The notes: generated by a model from the sequence alone, not told the origin. 62,990 nucleotides of DNA, filler included, from Reticulomyxa filosa (GCA_000512085.1; 10 parts of 10 records of this genome joined end to end with filler, not necessarily neighbours in it); one strand, 5' to 3'; positions 1 to 11,891 are shown, counted from the first letter of the whole stretch. A program made the numbers and translations.

Positions 1-45
1 TGTTATTATTGATTTATTGTTATTGTTATTTTCTTTTTCTTTCAA

Positions 46-170
46 TTAAAGGATTGAAAAAAATCATTTTCTTTCATTTAAAGGATTGTAAAAAATCATT
101 TTCTTTCATTTAAAGGATTGAAAAAAACTATTTTCTTTTATTTAAAGGATTGAAAAAACCATTTTCTTAA
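46..170 (+). repeat. 32-bp tandem repeat, about 4 copies (TTAAAGGATTGAAAAAAATCATTTTCTTTCAT)
   Basis: Units start at 46, 78, 110 and 142 and differ at a few positions each. Confidence 0.85.
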
Positions 171-547
171 GTAATATTATTTTCACAAAAATTAATTATG
201 AAAAGAATAACTAAACAACAACAAGCTTGTGAAAAAGGAATTTACATATTTCAACATGAACTACACTTACACTCCAGTATCTTGATAGCAAGTGAATTCC
301 ATTTGAATAGAAAATCGGCCTTGTTGATGTCATATATTTTTTAAAATGCTACATAAATCTGACAAATATATCGAAGTAAGAAGCATATTTCAGTCAATGT
401 AAGTATTATTCCCAAGTAATAGTATTCCGATTCTATGTTCAGTGCTTGACCTTGAAAATTATACATTTGAAGTTCAAATGAGTTACAAGGAAGAAGAAAA
501 CCTAGAAAAAAATCACAGATAATAGCTTCAATAATAACTTAACGTGG

Positions 548-1899
548 TTAAAGTTTCGTATAAAAGTGCAATAAATTAGGTATCTCATTTTGTTGATCTT
601 CAAAAGCAATCTGAAGCTTCACAATTTGTTTATGTTTTTCTTTTTTTGGACCTTTCCACAATTGCGACAAAGGTTGAATACTAATTATCAAACTTTTACT
701 GTCACCTTTTATGTTTTCAATGTATATTTTGAAGAATGTCTCTGAAAATAATTTTAAAACTTTGAAACACCAGTTCATCACCAATTCAAGCTTAGTTGTT
801 GTCTTGAGTACATTGTTCTTTGCATAATTGTGAAGTGCACAACGAAAAACTTTTAAACAGCGCCCAGTGTCAATATGCTTCAACATAATTCTTTTGGGCA
901 GCAGATGTTTTTTTGTCTTTGGGTGATAGACTTTGACACAAGTAAAATTACCATTAGCTGTTTTGTTAATAATTGAATAGATATTTTCAATGCAAAAGAT
1001 AATAAAAGCAAATTTATGAGGATTTACTTCAACAACTTTGATTGTTTGTAATTGCGGAAATCTGTGTAATTCCATTATAAAAAATTGTTAAGTATCTAGG
1101 ATATTCACGTGATTGCATGTAATAATAAGAAATAAAAAATAAAGAACAAAATTATTTTTTCATTCCTGTTGAAATCCAAATATATTTCTAATAGCAACGA
1201 AAAGTCTCCCGTTCCTATAGATAAAATAGTTTTTCCACCAAATGCTTGTAACAATGCACATAGAGTGTTATAGTGCTGGAACGTAAGATGAATGGGAGTT
1301 AGACTGCTGGTGTAACCACTTTTGAATTCTTTTTTTGTTTCTTCACTGATTCGTCGTAAAAACAGATCCTTGAAAATGTAGGTGTTGCACAATATTAAAA
1401 AAGAAATATCGTGCACATACATAAAGCTTTGCAAGAGCCTTGTTTCCTTGTACTTTGGTAAACACATATTTTTGGTCCAGCTAACAATTTTTTTTGGATA
1501 ACCGTGTATTTGGTAAACATAGTCTGGATGGGCATGGGTCCATCGCCGATCAAAGGTATTCATTTTTTAGTCACATCATCGAATATGAAAGTAAGAGTTG
1601 TCTACTTAATGAATTCATTTGATCGCCTTATAATAAAGACACTTATCGAATTGAACATAGCCTTTAACCTCTGTAAGTGGAACGGATCGGGTGATATCAC
1701 AGGCCCGTATCCATGACGCTTCTGTATCAGTCTCGCTGATATTACAAGCATAAGGATTTTGAACATAAACCCACCACTCATTTTGTTCCAATTTTAAAGC
1801 GGTCACGACTGATATTACATCATCCTTGGATTTCTTGTCGAGTGTCAGAGATCGTTTGTGCATTACTAAATCACCTTTTTTACAAACTGGAATATTCAT
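548..1899 (-). CDS. Hypothetical protein, probably one multi-exon gene made of ORFs 1615-1899, 1105-1563 and 548-1075, with a possible last exon ending near 341
   Basis: A phase-0 intron (GAG|GTTAAA...AAGTAG) joins PLTE to TTLTFIFDDVTKK. Adding one A to the A6 run near 1563-1568 continues into MNTFDRRW. The later junctions are unresolved and no family was recognised. Confidence 0.35.
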
Positions 1900-2109
1900 T
1901 TGTATGTTAGCTTCACAAGTTTTTATTTGTTATAATTCATTTGTTGAGAATAGTGCTTATGAGATTCAATAATCCCAATATTGCACATAACTTGTAATAA
2001 TACTTTTAAAAAGGTGGCCCTTTGCCAATTTTTACAATTATTTTGCACGAATTTTTTTACTGGCTCGTTTTAACCGAACCAAAAAGGGGCAAATATTTTC
2101 CCACAAAAG

Positions 2110-4785
2110 ATGATAGGCCAGCAAAAAATGTCACGAAGGCGGCCAATTCCAGTGAATCCACGCCCAAAAAATCCATTTCCTCAGAATAGTATTGCGATTT
2201 CAGGAATTGACTGCATAAAACCACCAAACTTGAAGATATACACAGTATTTATACTCACAGCTCTACTCTCTTTGTACGTAGCAATGCTCGCGATTTCATC
2301 CATTCCAACTCCTAGGCATGGTTATTAAAAAAACAAAAAAAGAAAAACGTTTTTTTTTTTGTGAAAAGTTGAAAAACATGATAGTTCAAATAGAACTTAA
2401 AAGAAGTTTTTTTAAATGTAAAACGACAACCAATCAAAAAACTTTAAAAAAAAAGGACAGAGACTCCACAACATGTGAAAATGAGCGATGAACCAAAAGT
2501 AGTAAACAAAGAGTCGACAACCCTCTCTGCAATGCAACAAAAAATAATAGACATTGTCAAATCACAATCAAGTTTGAATAGCAGTAACGCGATCGCGATG
2601 AGTCGATATGTGTATATCGAGTTCACAGGATATATGGCATCACAGGTCAACGGGCAGTCTAAAGGTTAAGTTTGTGTGTCGTTTTACTCTCTAAACAAAA
2701 TGTAAAACAAAAGCAAACAAATTTAAAAAAAAATAAAAAATAAAAACAGGAATGTATGACAAATTCGAGTCGTCTGTAGATTTGGAACATGCGCAAGAGT
2801 ATTGCACACTATTACGGTCTCAATGTGTCGGAGTAGCAACAAATGCAAATGCCGGTCACCAATTCTACACAAAAAAATCCCTTCCATTGGTGGAAAAATC
2901 AGGTTGGAAGTTTTATTTGAAATACGACACAGAGATACCGTGGCCTGAAATGTTTAACACACTACGCGAAAGTGGACTGAATTACAATCGAATGCAAAAC
3001 GATTTGAAAGAAAAATACAGTTTTAGTGTATCCTTGTCGTCTTAATACTGTTTTTGTATTGTTGATACGTGGTATTGCATTATATATTGTGTATTATATG
3101 TTATGTGTTTTGAACATTATAGAGAATATAGAACAGAAACCAGAGACAAAGTCGACATCAACCCAACCACCCAAATCGTCCCAATCGCCAAAACCCTGGA
3201 AAAAGCGCTTCGTGGGATATTCCATGAACGTCGGCCGGATAAACAATCAACTGTTTTCATTTGAGGCGATGATCCAATATTGCGTGTATTACAATCGAAC
3301 TTTGGTCATCCCTTGGCCCAGACATCGCAATCAAGTCATGGGATTTGAGTCGGGAATGTGGGATTGGGAATTCTTGTCTCGCAGGGTTGATGTAATCTTG
3401 GAACACGAATTGCCATCACATTTAAAAGATTATCGCAACATGGCCACTAATAATCCTTGTCGCTTCCACAAGCTTGTGGGAAGAGATATCCCGTCTCATG
3501 CCAATGATCAATGCGAAATGATTTATCTGTTTGAAGGGGAATTTGGCATCTTTAAAGTTTTGTCTTTCTGTCCATTGACATGCATAAACATGTATATACT
3601 TATTTTTTTATTCGTGCATATGTGTCTGTGTATATTATCATATACACATATACACATATATACATGCATATATATATGTATATGTGACAATTAATAAATA
3701 AATTGAGTTAGTTTGAAGATGGTCCGCATGGTGTGATGCAATATGTTCGACCGGCATTATACATTCGCGAAGCGGTGGAAACATGGTTGCGTAAAATGTT
3801 TCAGATCGCTCCAAACGAACCGATTCGGTATCGAGTTGGGGTTCATCGTCGTGCGATGAATGAAGGCGGCAAAGAGACCGATACTGGGAATCCTTATGTT
3901 TGTCGTTGGCAATCTCATGGCATCAAAGGAGACAATCGCTTTCACTGGCTGCGACAAGCTATTCGTCACGTCAGTGATGAAATTACCATCATTGGTCTAA
4001 ATGACCAAACTAACCCATATTATGCAAAATTGAAAAGCATATGGCTTCAACAACGCGCAGAACAAGAAAAGAATTTATCTGTTTATGATCTAATTGTTAA
4101 TACCTATGCACATTCATGTGCTATGGATTGGTATGATTTACAAAATATTCTAATCTTTCATCAACAAAAACTTATTCAGCCTGGTGAAAAGTTTTTCATT
4201 GCTCATGATCATCAAGTATGTTTCATTTAAGAAATACACACGTGCGTTCATATTTTTGCTTTTCATTGCTTTTGTTGGATAGAAGAAAATATTACAATAG
4301 CAAAATAAATAATGAGTCCAAAACAAATGGAATAAATCATTTTAGTACAATATTTTTGCATTGGGTGGATATGTTTGAATGAAAAACAGGATAAAAAAGC
4401 AATTGAGCTTATGAAGCTTCACGGAGGAATTGAACAATCCTCGGAATACTTACAAGAATGGAGCCAAGTAGACAAACAGTTGGAAATTCACAAAAGTCAT
4501 TGCAATGATTTTGCCTTTTGCACTGATAGACACGAACTAATGTCGAAAGAAGAGACAATTTTTGATATGTGGGCCTTGTACTACAGCGAATTTTTGGTTG
4601 GTTCATGGATGAGCACACTAACAAGGACTGTTTGTCATTGGAAAGGTTTTGAAGAAAGTATTTATGTTGGCAATCAGTGCTGGCTGAAATGGAAATGGGA
4701 TGATACAGTTGCTCATAAAAATAATAACTGGTTTACACTTGAAGATCTCAACTGGACTGCACTAACAGATGATCATTTATTCTAA
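2110..4785 (+). CDS. GDP-fucose protein O-fucosyltransferase family (POFUT1/GT65-like), type II membrane protein, 6 exons
   Basis: Phase-compatible GT-AG introns at 2321-2460, 2665-2749, about 3020-3122, 3557-3711 and 4216-4389. Motifs GRINNQ, VGVHRR, FIAHD and DMWALYYSEFLVGSWMSTLT parallel the O-FucT motifs GRxxNQ, GxHxR, FxATD and DxxxxxxxxxFIGxxxSSF. N-terminal TM segment IYTVFILTALLSLYVAMLAI. Confidence 0.8.
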
Positions 4786-5961
4786 ATTTTTTATTTTAAC
4801 ATTAATTTCGTTCATTTGCTTGGCAAATTTTTTTACAAAACTTTGATCAGATTGACACATCCAAATAAATGAAAACAGTCATAAAAGTCAACAAGTGGTT
4901 GAAATGTTTTAAGGCTTGACTTGTCTTACTTCAAAATTTAGTTTTTTTCTATGCATACGCTTTTTTGATGATGACAAATAAACTTCTTGCACGTTTTACT
5001 TACAGATAAAATCCCTGAATATTAACGACTTTTCTTTGCATAATGCTTTATATTTTATCTTCATGAAAGCTGACCCTATTCATCCAAATATTTACAATTG
5101 AAAAAGAAAATTTGTGATAATCAAATTTACACAAAATTTGTTCTTTTGTTGAAATTTTTTTTGTTACACGTGCTTTTATTAGTTCAGCTTTGTTTATGTA
5201 CATTTATTTGCAGTTGACTTAGTTCACTTTGTCTCTTGCTTCATTATCATGTGTATTAGTTCAATTTATTCAATGTATATTTCAGTTTGTGTTCATACTA
5301 TATCTGAACATTAATAGTATATAAACACTAAATGCTTATTTATTTCTTCTCTTTGTTAGACATAATCTTTGATTATGTATATTATATATTTTCAACTTGT
5401 CGTTGTTAGTTACTATTATAATACATTAATAGTTTTTTAGTTTTGTGAGTTTTTTCAAATAATCTGAAAAACGATTTGAAGAAAGTTAAAAATGGCGTTT
5501 TAGTAGAAAATACATTGTTAAGTCGAGACAAAAAACTTCAATTACTCTTACTAGTACATTAAACTACAATTCAGCAGTCTTTAAGTTATATATATCTTTA
5601 TCGTTTTATTTACTACAAGTTTACATTTAGTGTCGCATTAATAACTGCTAATGAAAGTGGTCAACTAATTTTTTAAAGTTCTGTCTATTAATTTTACAGA
5701 ATTAATGCAAAATATACAAATTGCTGTTCGAAGGTTTATCTACATTTTCATTGCTTTGAAAAAAATTTAAATCATTTAAATTATTCATAACGTTCTGCTG
5801 ATACAAAAATGACAGTTTTCATCATGTCAATATCTTTTGTTATATATCATAGCGAATTTTCGAATGTAGTCTAGTTTGCGAGATGTCCGCTGACTATAGG
5901 AAAAGCCTAGCAACTAAATTTTGTTTTATTTTGGAAAAGTTAATAATCTGATAAGGTGATA

Positions 5962-8615
5962 TTAGATATTCTTTTGGTACTGATTACAAATTGTTTTTTG
6001 TTGTAACCATAGTATTAAATCATCAAGTATTTGCAATGTTGTATTGGTGGCAGACGATTTAATTGTGAAATTTTGTAATTGTTGATCAACTTCAGATTGA
6101 TATTTTTTCCAACTAAACACGGCCCCAATGCAAATATGATCACTTGGTTCACAAGAATTTGGAAGCGCCAATTCAAGCTCAGCAACTTCTGGTTTTAGTT
6201 CATCCAATGCACCAATACAAATGACCTCATTTGTGGTATGCCAAATATAATCCAAACACATCGCCCTAATATTTTTTGGATCTGTTCTCCCACGCATCGA
6301 ATCTGCATCTCTGACAAAGTTGGTAAACTGCATTTCACGTCCCAAAACACTTTCAAAACTTGACTGCAAATGCAAATCATGCGAAGTATCAATTAGTGGT
6401 AATTGAACTTCAGATGGGATTTGTTTGAATTGCCAGATGTCCGAAGGCAGCTGTTTCTCCCGAATTAATTGATACACTGCCGATCTAGGCGTGGAGTTAA
6501 AATCACCACAAAAAATTATGGACACGGTCTATGATTTGTTTATTTAATTGTTTATCCCCTTTGTTTAAGTTTAATTTTGTTTGTTATTTTCCAATTTATG
6601 TTTTTCTCAAAAAACAAAACAACAACAAAAAATCAGCTAACTTGATGATCGACATCTCCAATGATAGAAGGAAGAACAGATCTTCGCAAGCGATCACATA
6701 ACTCTACTTTAAGAATGTACAAAACCTGCATAATTTGAACGTCAGGAGTTTTGAAGGAAGCAGAAACATGTGCATTGACAATGCAAAGGTAAGAGGAAGA
6801 CAAGGGATGAAAAAGAATCATTAATTGAGCTACTTGGGGCAGCCCATATCTCTTTTTTGAGGGTTCATTAGAACAAAAGTCAACTAACCGTAATAAAGGG
6901 ATTTCAATATTTTTGATCCAAACAAATTTTTTTGCTTGTTTGCAATTGATTACAATCAAGTTCCCAATAATAGCTTGAGTTTGCACTAGCAACTTTTTGT
7001 TAGCCCCACCATAAGAACCACTTTTATGCACATAAAACAGAGTCTCTTGATCCTTGCAATGAAACAACTTAGTCAGATGTGGCTTCCAAAAGTGTGCATA
7101 CTCTGTTTCGTCAATCTCTTGCAAGCATAAAATATCAACATCAAAATCTTTGGATATTTTATCTAGTAGTTGATGGGAACGATGTTTCCATGATAAATTG
7201 TGTGATTTTGTCCAAGGGAATATCTCTTCATCACACAATGATCGAGCCAGTGTATTGTACGACAATACACTGAATGAATACTTATCAAGACTGGAATTTC
7301 TCCATGGTTGCAACGAGGCCATTGTAATGTTATTCTCCACACCATCCTTTGCACATTGAAAAATCCATTCACGTGCAAATTTTTGTTTGAGACTCTCTGC
7401 ATCCCATACTTTTCGAGGCTTCAAAACAATGCGTTGGATATATGCATCCGAAAATAAGAGGCTCTCATTTGTGGGTTTTGCTTCATTGTCTTCTTTTTGT
7501 TCACAATTATCATTTGACGGGGCAAATGAAAGTGATGAATCCAATGGATAAACAAAGTCAATGCAATGCAAATATTGAATGCAATCATACACAATATATG
7601 CCCATGAATATTTTCCAATTTCACATTTCCATTTGCTGTATAGCCATGACAATGTTGTCTTCTCATCTGTTATTGTGGCCAACAAGTCACCCATTTGCAA
7701 ATGTCCCCCATCCGCCTCAAAATCGAAATTACACAAGTATTTTTCCAAATTCTCTTTCAGCTCCGTTTTACACTCTTCACTTATCCATAGTCTGCGAATG
7801 TGTGTTGCCTCACCTTCCTTGTTGTGCAACACCTCACAAATCTTGCTGTTCATTGCCTCCTTCTTAAGGCTTTCCAATAGCAGCAAATAGCGATATTCTT
7901 TCAAACTACAAATTTTGTCCCATTCTGTACTTGCTATTCAATTTTTTTTGTTTTTAAACTCCAAAATTGTCTGCTCTTTTTTATTTTTCTTATTATTTAT
8001 TGCTATACGTCACTGCAAATTTACCATTAAAAAAAAAAAAAAATCTGTTTAATGTAAACAATATTCTCTCATTTCTCTCTTCTTTTTGTTCGAATTACAT
8101 AAGTAAGCAATGTCTTTAAGAGATATATAGCCCGAGTTTACTGAATCAAACACCAGCTGGTGGATGTTGTCGATATTCTCTGTCCAATTCACAAAGTAAA
8201 GGTTCAATTTTTGTCGCAACTCGTATATCAACTTTCGTTGCACTTTATCTGTTACGTGAATAAACGTATTTTTCGCATCTCGCGTCTTAATTTTCTGAGC
8301 TGCTTTGTTATTGCTTTCTGTGCTCTTGGAGATTATTTGGTAATTTGCACCATTGTTGACAGCTAAAAGATGATACTGCAGCGAATTTTTTCCATTCTCG
8401 GTGTTTTCAACTTCCAACCCAAGCTGAGTGGCAATGCTACGAACACTTTCGAGTGAAAGCAACGAAAGTATCGGAATTTGCCCTGAAATTTTCGGCTCGG
8501 AAATCAAGGAATATAACGCTTCATTATGGGGATATGATTCCACAGCAAACAACGAGTTGAGAGTATGGATTATTTGCTTGCGAATCTTTTGCTCTTCGGG
8601 GCTTGGAACAGACAT
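5962..8615 (-). CDS. CCR4/Angel/nocturnin-like EEP (exonuclease-endonuclease-phosphatase) protein with N-terminal La-motif-like domains, 3 exons
   Basis: Phase-compatible introns at 8098-7934 and 6641-6529. EEP motifs VLSYNTLA, DILCLQEID, IVNAHV, CGDFNSTP, LDYIW and PSDH are intact. Confidence 0.85.
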
Positions 8616-8928
8616 TTGATAATTCAAATAATTTTGATCACAAACCTTGAGTGTCCCGTTATGAGAAAACTTTTTTTCAGATTTCTTCAAGAAGAATGTG
8701 TTTGGGGAGAATATTTTTCAATAGTTTAACTTAAAGTAGCTATATTGTGGTTAAAAACTTTTTATTACACTATCTTTAATCGTGGTAACTGTAGTTGCTC
8801 GTTAGGCTGTCTTTTGGAAATAAATTATTTTTGTTTTATTTCTGAAGAGTAGACGTTGTAAAAACTTTTTTTTTTTTCTACCCCCCTTCGTTCCATGTGT
8901 ATGAAAGCGAACTAAAACCTTGTTTGTG

Positions 8929-10839
8929 ATGGCAGAAGAAAAAAAGGAAGTTTAGTGTGGTTGTTTTGTTTTGTCCTTAACGAACGTGCAAGGTATTAGA
9001 GCGAAAAAACGACAAAAAAAAGACAAAACAGGAATTAGTAAAATTACAATTACAAGCCCAAAATTATGCATGGGGTAAACCATCGAACGAATCAAAAGTT
9101 GCCCAACTATTAAAAAGCAAAGATGTAAACCCAAATTTACCTTATGCCGAGCTATGGATGGGTACGCATGTGAGTGGCCCTTCTCGAGTGCAATTACTGG
9201 TATATACCACGTCAAGTCAACCTACGCTTAACAATGCCTTTGCATTTTACTGTATAAGTATTTGGATGCTGTAAACAAAAATGAAAAACGGGAAAACATG
9301 AAAAAAAAAAAAAGGATGGAACAATTCAATTGCTTTCGGAATACATTCACAACGACTTGCCATTCTTATTTAAAGTGCTATCAGTGAATGAATCATTGTC
9401 AATTCAAGCACACCCAAACAAGGAATTGGCCGCAAAATTGCATCAGAAACGGCCAGACGTATACAAAGATGGTAACCACAAGCCCGAAATGGCAATTGCT
9501 TTGACAAAATTTGAAGCAATGTGTGGGTTTCGTCCTTTGAACCAAATCGCTCATTTTTTGAAGCATGTTAAAGGTTACTCATTTGTTACGTATACAAAAT
9601 TATTAACCTTTTTTTTTTTGTTAATTGAAACTGAACTGACAAAGAAAAAAAAAGGATTTATTTTTTGAAAAAAAAAAAAAAAAGAATTCGCGGAATTGGT
9701 CGGAAAATCGGCAACAGAGTCATTTCTTGCCCTTGCATTGAATGACAAAATAAAGTAAATGAAATCGATATAAGAAACGTATTGAAACAAGTGTTTAGCA
9801 ACGTAATGACTGCTGATTCAAAAAAAGTAGGTTCAAATGTCCGTTCATTGATTGATAGGATTGATCTTGGAAATAAAATACCTGGTAATGTGTATATGTA
9901 TACATACACGTGGTAACACATACAATATTTATAAATTTAAACTAATCACTTGAATTTTTTAAATTAATTTTAGAAGACGCGCTCAAGCTATGCATTGTTT
10001 GTGCTCCTTCAAAAAAAAAGATCCTTTTAGTCAAAAATCCACTGACCATCACCGCGCAAATGTGGATGCCTCAGAAACAGACCGAAAGGATTCAGAGACG
10101 GGAAATAGCAAGAACAGTAAAAGTAATGAGAGCGAGGACAAGAACGTGAACACGACCCGGGATAGTTGGAAGAAACGAAATTTGGAAATCAATGAATTGT
10201 TATGCCGTTTACACAAACAATACCCTGGTGATGTTGGGATATTTGCCGCATTGATGCTCAACTGTTTTGTCTTGCAGCCGGGTGAAGCTATTTATTTGGA
10301 AGCCAATTTGCCACACGCTTATTTAGATGGTGATTGTCTAGAATGTATGGCTTGCTCTGATAATGTTGTTCGTGCTGGTTTAACGCCCAAATTACGTGAT
10401 ACCGAGGTATTATGCGAAATGTTGAATTATGCTGCGCAAGTTAGTTTTGTTTTTTTAGTGGCTTATTACTTTTTTGTTACGTGTCCATTGCAACTGATCT
10501 TGTGTTGAATATGAACAGCCGCCTGTAATCTTAACGGGGGAGAAAGTAAGCAAAACAACAATGAGATACAGTCCGAATGCTGAAGAGTTCCGTCTGGAAA
10601 GAACAGTTTTGGATGAAGGTTCGGAAACTGAAAAAGAGGTGCTTCAATTACATCATCCCAAAAGCAAATCGAATTATCATTCTCTTTGTTTGGTTTATGA
10701 AGGAAAAGGACTCATTAATGATACATCTGTACAAAAAGGAGACTGTTTATTAATTCCTCCAGATATGAAACAATTGACTGTTTCTGGAGACCCAAAAAAA
10801 GGAATTATGCTAGCACGATGTTTTGCACCAAGTCTATAA
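8929..10839 (+). CDS. MPI: Mannose-6-phosphate isomerase, type I
   Basis: Motifs [48 protein letters not shown] and [27 protein letters not shown]. Introns at 8950-9031, 9200-9314, 9574-9684, 9885-10020 and 10440-10518. One frame break at about 9747-9774 (see findings). Confidence 0.95.
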
Positions 10840-11064
10840 CTACACAAATTTCACGTGTTTTATTTGGTTTTTTCCTCTTCTACTTTTTGCTAGTGAAAAT
10901 CAAATTTAGAAGCTATCCAAAGAATACCCGATACGCACAAACTACCTATTTTCCCAATTTGAGCAATTCTCCTTTGTGCACTTAACGGATAAACAATTAT
11001 CAAAATTTATTTTATAATTTATTCCACTAAAATAAAAATTATTGTTACATAAGATTTTCTTTAT

Positions 11065-11164
11065 NNNNNNNNNNNNNNNNNNNNNNNNNNNNNNNNNNNN
11101 NNNNNNNNTTAATTAATTAANNNNNNNNNNNNNNNNNNNNNNNNNNNNNNNNNNNNNNNNNNNN
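11065..11164. other. Artificial contig spacer N44-TTAATTAATTAA-N44 (stop codons in all six frames)
   Basis: Identical 100-bp spacers also occur at 12455-12554, 23834-23933, 37680-37779, 38999-39098, 40769-40868, 57396-57495, 59486-59585 and 60966-61065. Synteny across them is meaningless. Confidence 0.98.
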
Positions 11165-11194
11165 TAGCCGTCCGGCATCCGAAGGACTAACGTC

Positions 11195-11225
11195 GGGGCG
11201 CCCCTAACGGGGCGCCCTTTCGTTT
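11195..11225 (+). terminator. Bacterial intrinsic terminator of an upstream gene outside the contig
   Basis: GGGCGCCCC-TAAC-GGGGCGCCC hairpin followed by TTTCGTTT. Confidence 0.7.
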
Positions 11226-11243
11226 GGTTGAGGCGAGTACGAC

Positions 11244-11885
11244 ATGAAGGCTTTGGTCACGGGGTTCGATCCCTTCGGCGGCGACGAGGTCAATCCGTCG
11301 TCCCTGGCGGTGAGCCGGCTGAAGAAGAGGATCGGGAAAGTGACCGTCGTGACCGCCGTCCTTCCGACCTCCTACGCGAAGTCCGCGAAGGTGCTGCGCG
11401 AGGCGATCGACAAGGCGAAGCCCGACATCGTGCTGTGCGTCGGCCAGGCCGGCGGTCGCACAGAACTGTGTCTCGAGCGGGTCGGCATCAACGTCCAGGA
11501 TGCGCGGATCCCCGACAACGACCGCAAGCAGCCGATCGACGTGCCGGTGCTGGCCGAAGGCCCCGCGGCCTATTTCGCGACCCTGCCGATCAAGGCCTGC
11601 GTCGCCGAGATGCGCAAGGCGGGCCTTCCGGCCACCGTGTCGAACACCGCCGGGACGTTTGTCTGCAATCACATCCTCTATTCTCTGATGGCCATCATCG
11701 AGACCCATCCGATGAGAATGCGCGGCGGCTTCCTGCACATTCCCTATGTGCCCGAGCAGGCGGCACGGCTGGGCGGCGCGCCGTCGATGGCCGTCGACGA
11801 CATCGTGCGCGGCATCGAGATCATCGTCGCGACCAGTGCCACCCGCACGACGGACATTCACACTGCCGAAGGCCGGATTTCATAA
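11244..11885 (+). CDS. pcp: Pyroglutamyl-peptidase I (peptidase C15), bacterial
   Basis: Motifs VTGFDPFGGDEVNPS, GQAGGR, ERVGIN, AYFATLP, SNTAGTFVCN (catalytic Cys) and GGFLHIP (catalytic His). No introns, high GC3, and an SD-like GAGG upstream. Confidence 0.96.
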   Translation: MKALVTGFDPFGGDEVNPSSLAVSRLKKRIGKVTVVTAVLPTSYAKSAKVLREAIDKAKPDIVLCVGQAGGRTELCLERVGINVQDARIPDNDRKQPIDVPVLAEGPAAYFATLPIKACVAEMRKAGLPATVSNTAGTFVCNHILYSLMAIIETHPMRMRGGFLHIPYVPEQAARLGGAPSMAVDDIVRGIEIIVATSATRTTDIHTAEGRIS

Positions 11886-11891
11886 AAGTTC

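Noticed and set aside
46-170. 32-bp repeats as a CRISPR array
   Set aside because: The units are head-to-tail with no spacers and sit in eukaryotic DNA.
548-1899. Three closely spaced same-strand ORFs as an endogenous virus or operon
   Set aside because: There are no viral hallmark motifs, and a plausible GT-AG intron plus a homopolymer indel joins the first two ORFs as a host gene.
2110-10839. O-fucosyltransferase and MPI as a GDP-fucose metabolic cluster
   Set aside because: Only two distantly connected steps are present, separated by an unrelated gene, with no GMD, FX or GDP-mannose pyrophosphorylase. Chance is sufficient.
11109-11120. Regularly recurring TTAATTAATTAA motif as a biological repeat or CRISPR-like array
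   Set aside because: It is always centred in exactly 100 bp of Ns, so it is an artificial six-frame-stop linker.
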